64,000 nt of DNA, from the NCBI GenBank assembly GCA_002269645.1, contig NIVC01002353.1:1-64000 (forward strand), given 5' to 3'. The stretch comes from Macrostomum lignano. Taxonomy: Eukaryota. The notes under the pieces were generated by a model, which worked only from the letters and a program-made list of their open reading frames with translations, was not told the DNA's origin and did not search any database. A program made the position numbers and the translations under genes. How positions within the stretch are numbered: position 1 is the stretch's first letter; every line of letters begins with the position of its first letter. This document shows, in pieces, positions 56,364 through 64,000 of the stretch.

Positions 56364-57089
56364 ATTTCAAAATGTGTACCATATGTATTTACCATATGTT
56401 AAATAATATTTTTAGCCTATAATATATAATTATAATGTCTGATCTGGATATCTACTCTGCACTAAAAGTAAAGCTGAAATCTGGCCTGCCAAATGGCCTG
56501 CATACTTTGCATTTACTTAAGTAAGTGTAAGTGGTAATAGGGCCCTAATAGCCTGCTTTATAAGCCACCCTTTGAAGCTTCTAACAAAACCTAACCTAGA
56601 TATTTCAAAAAATAGATAGTTAATTAACATTCATTCAAAAAATTGCACTGAATCATTTGAACATTAACAGAATCTAAAAAAACTATTTTTCACTTCTAGG
56701 ATTGGATGGCTTTATTGTTGTTATCAAATTTTCTGACATGTCAATCAATCTAATTATCTAATATGCTAATCTAATATGCTAAATCCAACTATACAAAATC
56801 TCTAAGGTTTGTATACTTGCTTGTCTATAACGCTCTAGTCAGAATATACTAAAAATACACTAAATGACCGAATATTGACGAATTTTAGGCCGGCAGCCGC
56901 CCGGGTGGTTAACTATGTACTGTCAGCTACCACAGAAGAATCGTTTTAAATATTGAATATCACAGGACTCTTTGCTTCAACAAAAAATGTTTCAAAAGCA
57001 CTAAAATAAGCATTAAAATTAATTAAAATATCTACAGTAATCTATTTCTTTGTCCTCTTTTATAACCTATAAACAATTATGTCTAAAGT

Positions 57090-59739
57090 TGTTATGCTTT
57101 ACTGAACGATATGATACAATTTGAACGAACTTTTGTGAACTTTCAGACCTCCTTTCTCAACTGGACTGGACTAGCGGAACTATGGTCCGGTCCACATCGA
57201 GCCTACCAAATCCAAACCAAGGACTACTAGAATAGATAACATTCCATTGGTCCGTTATCCGAACTTAACTGAACCAATCAAATATATGTGAAGTATAAGT
57301 TGTAGCTGAATGGAGCTGTTATGTTCTTGGCATTAAGCCACAGTAATCGGTGCTAGGCCGAGAATGAGTTAATATATTTGGTCGCTTGTTTGGGGTCGAC
57401 ATATAAACGGGGGCAGATGGTTTCGCACATAGACGAATATTCGCATACGCACACAACATCTCCCCTTTTAAGCAAAACAGTTTTACAGTTCTTTCTTCCT
57501 TATCTCCCCTTTTAAGCGTTAACTGGTTCACCTAACTTCCTGTAATGCAACTTGGGTGCCGGGACTCCCTTGTTCGACCGTTGACTTCGCCTTGGCTGTG
57601 CGGTCTTTGGCTTGTCCGGGGCGTCTTGTGCTTCACCTTGCTTCTGAGATGCACCAGTAGTAGAGAGCTGTTCTTGTGGTAGACATCGGCGGATGTAGTA
57701 CACACGATTGCGACGGAAAATTCGGCCGCTTACTAACTTGACCATGTAGTCCTGGTGCCGACCAACTTCTACTACGACGCCCTTCTTGTCCCAAAGCTTT
57801 GTGACGGGGTTTTGAAGAACAACGTGACTGCCGACTCGGAGAGGTTCCAGTTGTCGCTTCGAGGCATTGTAGTGTTGATGAACTTTAGCGTGAACTTTAG
57901 CGTGAGCTTTTTCCTCCATTTTCCAGACCTTGTCCTTCCATTCCTTTGCAAAACTTTTCCTATGCGCGGGCAGCGTGTCTCTGACTGTGGGTCCATAGAC
58001 CATTACAGATGGAATTCTGCCATCGTACATGGGCGTGTTTCGCAGCTGCAGCAAACCCTGAGCCATCTTGTCTTTCTCCAAGTCATTCAAGCGACTGTCC
58101 CATGCTCCTCGAACGATCTTCTTTATACTTTTCACGGCAGCTTCTGCTCTTCCATTGCTTTGATGGTAATACGGAGATGAGTATTTGATGTTCACACCCC
58201 AGCGACGTAGAAAATTAACGAACGGCTGTGCTTTAAATTGTGGCCCACAGTCTGCACAGAATTTCTCCGGTACAGCTGTTTGGCAAAAGAATTCGCGGCA
58301 AGCGTTTATCAGCTTGTACGTGGGTGCTCGATCACCGAAATGACAGAACGCTGGCCAGCCTGAGTATGCATCCACGAGCACAAGGAACTTCTTGCCGGCA
58401 TGCTCGCAGAAATCTGCATGTATGTGTTGAAAACATCGATCCGGTTGGTCCTGGGTTGTCATCGGCTCCCTGATCTGCGATGGTAGATGTTCCCGACAGG
58501 ACTGACACTGCTTGACTGTATTTTCAATGTCCCGATCGATGCCAGGCCAGTAGACGACCATCCCTGCTCTCTGCTTTGTCTTGTACAGACCTTGGTGACT
58601 TGCGTGTAAGTCCGTCAAAATCTGCTTCCTCATTGCATGTGGTATGACGCAACGACATCCGCATAGAATGATGCCGTCGTCGACTGAGAGCTTGTCTCTT
58701 ACATGCCAAAATGACCGAATGCAAAGAGGTAAGTTTGCCTTGTCATTGGGAAAGCCATCCCGAATATATTGCATCAGGTCTTGCAACTCCTGATCAGAAG
58801 CTGTGCTTTGTCGCACGCTTTGCAGAATAGGATCCAGCTCTGCTGATTCGAGGTGCATTAAGAGCTGATTGGTAATTTGAAAATCTGCAGACTCGCCCAG
58901 TTCATCCTGTGCAGTCGGATTGTCCACTGGTGCTCGCGACAGAGCGTCTGCGTCGGCATTGTCCTTGCCTTTTACCAATCGCGCCTTGTATACGTAGCGG
59001 TTCAGTTTCGCTCGAAGACGCTGAATCCTGGGATTTTCTATTTGATCCAGCTGGTAACTGTTCAGGATTGGTATCAGCGGCTTGTGGTCGGTTACAATTT
59101 CAAACTCATGAAGGCCCTCAAGGAAGAGTCTGCACTTCTGAGTCGCCCAGACCACAGCTAACAGTTCCAACTCGATCATGGCATAGCGTGACTCGGTCTC
59201 TGAAATGAATCTCGAGCCAGCTTGAACCACACGCCAGCTTCCATCGGTCTGCTGCTGTTTGAGCAAGAATCCGATTCCCTTAAGTCGAGATGCATCCGTG
59301 TGCAGGCTGTTGGCTTGCGTTGGTCATAATAGGCCAGTGTAGGAGCAATTGCCAGGCGGCGACGGGCTTCTTCAAATGCCGTTTGATGTTCGTCTCCCCA
59401 TTGAAATAAATTCTTCTCGGACAGCAGCGGCCTTAACGAGGCTGTGACTTCTGCTATGTCTGACGTAAACGTACCGACTTGGTTGACTAGGCCAAAGAAC
59501 GCGCGTAGGTCGGTAATATTGTTTGGAGTGGGAAATTGTCTGACCGCTTTCATAAGCTCCGGATCAATGCTGTAGCCATCAGCTGACAATCGAAATCCGG
59601 AAAAATCAATTTGAGTCTTGCAAAATGCAAACTTATTTTTATTTAATGCTACCCCATTGTCTTGACAGCGCTGCAGAAACTGACGAACCGCTTGTACGTG
59701 TGATTCCTCGTCAGAAGTTGCTATTAGACAGTCATCAAC
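57090..59739 (-). mobile_element. Ty3/Gypsy LTR retrotransposon A, 3' part (RT C-terminus, RNase H, integrase, PPT, 3' LTR about 57090-57458)
   Basis: VDDCLI at the insertion junction, RAFFGLVN, YAMIELELLAVVWA, TDHKPL, HASHQG..CQSC zinc finger, LVDAYSGW and SNGRAE. PPT aaaaggggaga followed by TG at 57458. One frameshift near 59290. The left LTR boundary (tgttatgc at 57090) is inferred from TG..CA symmetry. Confidence 0.9.
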
Positions 59740-62700
59740 TGTCGCGTCGTTTAATTAAGAGTTCAACTGAGCAACACGATGATTTGGTATTGTAAATAAA
59801 CGATGTCTCAGTCTCGATGTATTAATCATAAACGATGCTAACACAAACGAAGCTCAATATATAATTATTAACGCATTGGGGTGGCGGGGCGCACGGGGTA
59901 CGAAATTGGGGTGGTGGGTACACTGGATGTACAGTCAATATTTCAATAGTCAATCAGCTAGTCACTTAGTCATAAGTACAGCGGTAGAATCCAGCGCTGC
60001 CTCATCTCCCCCCTTCGAAACGGATAGGGGGCACGCCTCGAGTTGACCGAGCTGGGTAGCGACGTACTGCTGTTTGACTTGGGCCTAGTTCGGATTCGGT
60101 GGGCGGGTCCCGACTGAGTTCGCCAGGCGGGTCCTGACCGAGTTCGCCAGGCGGGTCCTGACCGAGTTCGCCAGGCGGGTCCTGACCGAGTTCGCCAGGC
60201 GGGTCCTGACCGAGTTCGCCAGGCGGGTCCTGACCGAGTTCGCCAGGCGGGTCCTGACCGAGGCCGCAGGGCGGATCCTGACCAAGTTCGATAGGTAGGC
60301 TCCGGCCGAATCGGTTTGGCTGGACCTGGTCTTCTACAACGCGTCTCAGCTGATCCGCATGCGCCAGGGCGATGCGACCGCCTTGACGAGCGATTAGGGC
60401 GGTGTTGGTTCCCTTCTGCACGACGAACTCAGCTCGCTCCTGACGCTGCTGATCACCAGGCGTGTACCACAGGCTCGCTCCGATTGGTGTGCGCATGGTT
60501 ATCGGGTTGCGTAGTTGTCGACCCATGAGCTGTGACGGGCTCTGCTGGCGCCCAGCATGCGGCACACACCTGTAGTTTAGGAGTACCCTGGACAGGAACG
60601 ACTCGTAGCTTTCGGACTGGTCCCACGCCGCAGATGCTCTCTTGATAGACTGGACCATCCGCTCGGCCAAGCCGTTAGACTCAGGGTGTCGCGGGGGAGT
60701 CTTGATGGCGCGGCAGCCGATTCTTTCCAGCCAGGCGATCAGATTGGCGTCGTGGAACTCGGCGGCGTTGTCGCTGACCAGCACATGAGGCACGCCGTTC
60801 CTAGCAAAGACTGTCTGCAACACCCGCTTGACTGTCGCCGCGTCCCTGTTTTGCACTCGTACAGCCTCGGGCCAGCCGGACATAGCGTCAACTAGAATGA
60901 GCAGGAGTCCGACCCTCGGCACACACGCATGATCCATGTGGACCCTGTGCCACGGCTTTTCCTCGTCGGGCCACCTGTGGACACTCTCCAGACCACTCGG
61001 GCGCAGTCTTGAGCAGGTCAGGCAACCTCGAACGTAGGCCTCGACGTCGCTGCAATAGCCGGGCCACCAGGCTGAGTTCTGTAGGCGAGCGCACGTTGAG
61101 CCAGATCCCTGATGCGTATCGTGCACAATTCCAAGAACGCCTTGTCGGAGGACAGCCGGGATGACTGGGCGATCACCGTAGCAGAGAACTCCGTCGTCGG
61201 TCGTGAGGGCGTGTCGGATGGCCTTGAAAGGTCGTTCGGCTGGCGAGCAGTTTGACCATCTGTTGACAGCAACGCGTTTCATGACATCAAGCAGCAGTCG
61301 GTCCCTTTGGGTCTCTGATTTCAGCTCCTGCCACGGGATCACAGCCTCGCCAGTCCAGTGAATGATGCTTTCCGGCCGCTCTGTCAGCTCGGTGTCGCTG
61401 TCACCTTCAAAATCCAGCCGCGAAAGTGCATCTACTTGCGGAATCGATTCGCCTTTAGTGTAGACGATGTCATAGTCAAAGGCCATCAGTTTGATTGCCC
61501 ATCGGAGAAGTCTCGCATTGGCAACCTTCGGCAGCTGGCGCCTCGACCCGAAGATGAATTCCAGCGGGCGATGATCCGTTCTGAGTGTGAAGCGCGACCC
61601 TAATAGGAACTGTTTCGCACGCTCCATAGCCCAAACGATCGCCAGCGCCTCTCTCTCGATGTTTGAATACCCTGCTTCTGCACTGCTCAGTTTCCGGCTG
61701 AAGTACATGATCGGGTGGTTGCCCTGCGAGAGGATCGCTCCGATGGCTTTCTCGCTAGCATCGGTAGTGAGCGTGGTCTCTTTGTGCTTGTCATACGGCT
61801 TGATTACAGGCTCGCTGCACAGCAGATCCTTGATTCGCGTGAAGGCAGCTTCCTGGGCTGGGCCCCAGACGAACTCAACGTTTCGGCCCCGGAGTTGATT
61901 GAGCGGTTCTATGACGTCAGAGTAATTCTTAATAAACCTCCCGAAGAAGTTGGAAAGTCCTAGAAACGATTCGAGCTGCTTTCTGTCCTTCGGCGAGTTC
62001 ACTGAGCGAATTTTTCCGACCAGATTGGGGTCCGGGGTGATCCCGCTCGCGCTGATGCTGTAGCCGAGGAATCTGACCTCCGTTGCGCTTAGATTGGACT
62101 TTTCTAGGTTGATCGTCATTCCAGCAGTTCGCATCGTCTGGAGAACGTGCTGCACTTTGCTCCTTAATTCGGCGTTGGACTTCGCTCCCAGGAGGACGTC
62201 ATCCTGGTAGACAATCTTGTTGCTGACATCCTGTAGGATTGTTTCCATGGCTTTCTGGAAAATGGCCGATGCAGATTTCAGCCCGGGAACCAGCCTTTTG
62301 TAGCGGAAGAGACCCAAAGGTGTCGCGATTGTCGTCACCTCTCGGCTATCTTCATCGAGTTCGATTTGCAGGTAAGCATCAGAGAGATCCAGTTTAGCAA
62401 AGTGCGACATGCCTGCTATCTCAGAAAAAATCGTCTCCATCTCCGGGATCGGGTAGGTGTCATTGCATATCTGGTGATTGACACCAGCTTTAAAATCGGC
62501 ACAGACACGAACCTTTCCATTTGGCTTGAGCACGTTGACAATAGGCGATGCCCACTGGCTGCCTCCGGGAGGGACCGCCTCAATGATACCCTCGGATTCC
62601 ATTCTTTGCAGCTCGCGCACCACCAAGTCTCTGAGGTGTAGCGGCACGGACCGGGCAGCACAATAGAACGCTTTGGCTCCTTCCACCAGTCTAATCTTAG

Positions 62701-64000
62701 CTTTGAACCCTTTGAGGCATCCGAGCTGTTGGACCGCGTTGATGGTGACCGCGTCTTCTTGGAGCTTTATGTTGTCCATGCCAAGCAGACCGTGCTTCTT
62801 CTCCGCGGCGGTGACAACCAGGTCAATCGTGACGAATTTCGAGTTGGTCTCGAGTGACGCAGTGAATTCCCCGAGGCAGGCGATGCTGGAGCCGTCGAAC
62901 TGCCGGAGAATTCTCCTGCACTTGCGCAGGGTGGGCCGGCCCAGCTGGCGCCAGAGGTTCTGCGGAATCAGACTGATCTCAGCTCCGGTGTCGACTTGCA
63001 TTGAGATACCCTGGCCGTTGATTTTGATGGTCTTGAAGAGGCCCGCTTTAGCTCTGTTGGGGCTAAGAGTATACACGTCTGCTTCTTCTGCATCGACTGC
63101 GATTTCCTGATGGACAGCTCGTGATCTGCAGACAGCCGCAAAGTGATTTCTTTTTTGGCACTTGGAGCATTTTTTGCCGTAGGCTGGGCAGTTGCCCCTC
63201 AGGTGATTGGCGCCGCAGAACCCGCATTTGATTGACGGCTGCGGCTTGGCAGGTGAGGAGACTCCCCTTTGTTGACCGGCGAAGGCGATGTCAGCAGGAG
63301 CCGGCGTGTTGTAGTCACGGATCTGCTCAAGCTGCTGCAAATTCTGCAAAATCCTGTCGAGTGGCGTTTCTCCATCTTCGTTTTGTAGGCGCTCCAAGAT
63401 TCTTTTTTTGTGCTCGAGGAGTTGAGGCCGTCAATTAGTTGCATGGTAATAATGTCGTTCTCCTTTGTCTGCTTGCTGCCCAGCTTTTCAAACTCGCAGT
63501 GTGACGTAGCAGCCCTCAGCCTCCGGTAGTAGGCTATGACGGTCTCACCCGATTCCTGCTTCAAGCTGAGGAACCTGGTGCGTTCGGCAATTACAAGTGA
63601 CTTTTTCGGCCGGATGGTCTCGTCAACTAGCTTTTTGATGTCATCGAATTTCATCTCATCAAGTTTTTTTGGTGCTGCCATTAGGGATAGCGTGCGAATT
63701 GCCTGAAGGCCGGCCTTAGATAAGAATAGGTCAGTTTTGTCCCGAGCCTCATCCGAGTCTGTTAGCTTTTTGATGCGCGCTGTGGCTGAGAGTCGCTGCA
63801 TCCATGCTTCGGCCATGTCGGCGTCGTCCAAATTGAGTTCATGACTCTGCCATCCTGCTTGCGACGCCATTGTCGCGTCGTTTAATTAAGAGTTCAACTG
63901 AGCAACACGATGATTTGGTATTGTAAATAAACGATGTCTCAGTCTCGATATATTAATCATAAACGATGCTAACACAAACGAAGCTCAATATATAATTATT
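59740..64000 (-). mobile_element. Ty3/Gypsy LTR retrotransposon B (Mag-like), near full length and young; 3' LTR 59740-60004, 5' LTR 63871 to beyond the window end
   Basis: 265-bp LTR with TG..CA ends. The two LTR copies differ at 1 of 130 comparable nt. PPT gggggaga precedes the LTR and a PBS TGGCGTCGCAAGCAGGAT follows the 5' LTR. Confidence 0.95.
60002..63870 (-). CDS. Gag-Pol polyprotein of element B (gag, CCHC knuckles, protease, RT, RNase H, integrase), one frame break at an A7 run 63403-63409
   Basis: ORFs 63199-63870 and 60002-63397. CGFCGANH..C and CSKCQKRNHFAAVC, VDTGAEIS, YQDDVL, TDASEKAIG, HDTHQG..CLTC, SDNAAEF and SNGLAE. Confidence 0.93.

Overview
Eukaryotic (metazoan) genomic DNA. 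GC-rich exons, short GT-AG introns packed with private minisatellites and AT-rich patches suggest a flatworm such as Macrostomum; this is an inference from sequence style, not a database result. Nine protein-coding loci can be modelled: an intronless DEG/ENaC channel (-), a large exon encoding a bacterial/phage-type RlaP (Nuc-transf, Pol-beta superfamily) nucleotidyltransferase (+), intronless ASNA1/GET3 (+), MGRN1/RNF157 (+, 4 exons), SDF2 (+, 3 exons), a secreted PAN/C-type-lectin-like protein (+, 2 exons), an atypical Rab-like GTPase (-, 4 exons), a secreted WSC protein with a 5-bp frameshift (-, 3 exons) and an RSKR/SGK494-like kinase (-, 5 exons). Mobile DNA: a decayed Penelope-like element, an unclassified TIR element with a cargo ORF, a decayed mariner, a composite MITE, a decayed LINE and two nested Ty3/Gypsy elements. 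About 24 unrelated tandem arrays cover roughly 19 kb (about 30 percent), and 13 of 15 modelled introns carry their own array near the 5' splice site. Several kb-scale islands are almost free of CpG and show transition-only decay. The main leads are the RlaP-like gene, the intron-private minisatellites, the CpG-erased islands and the TIR element with cargo.
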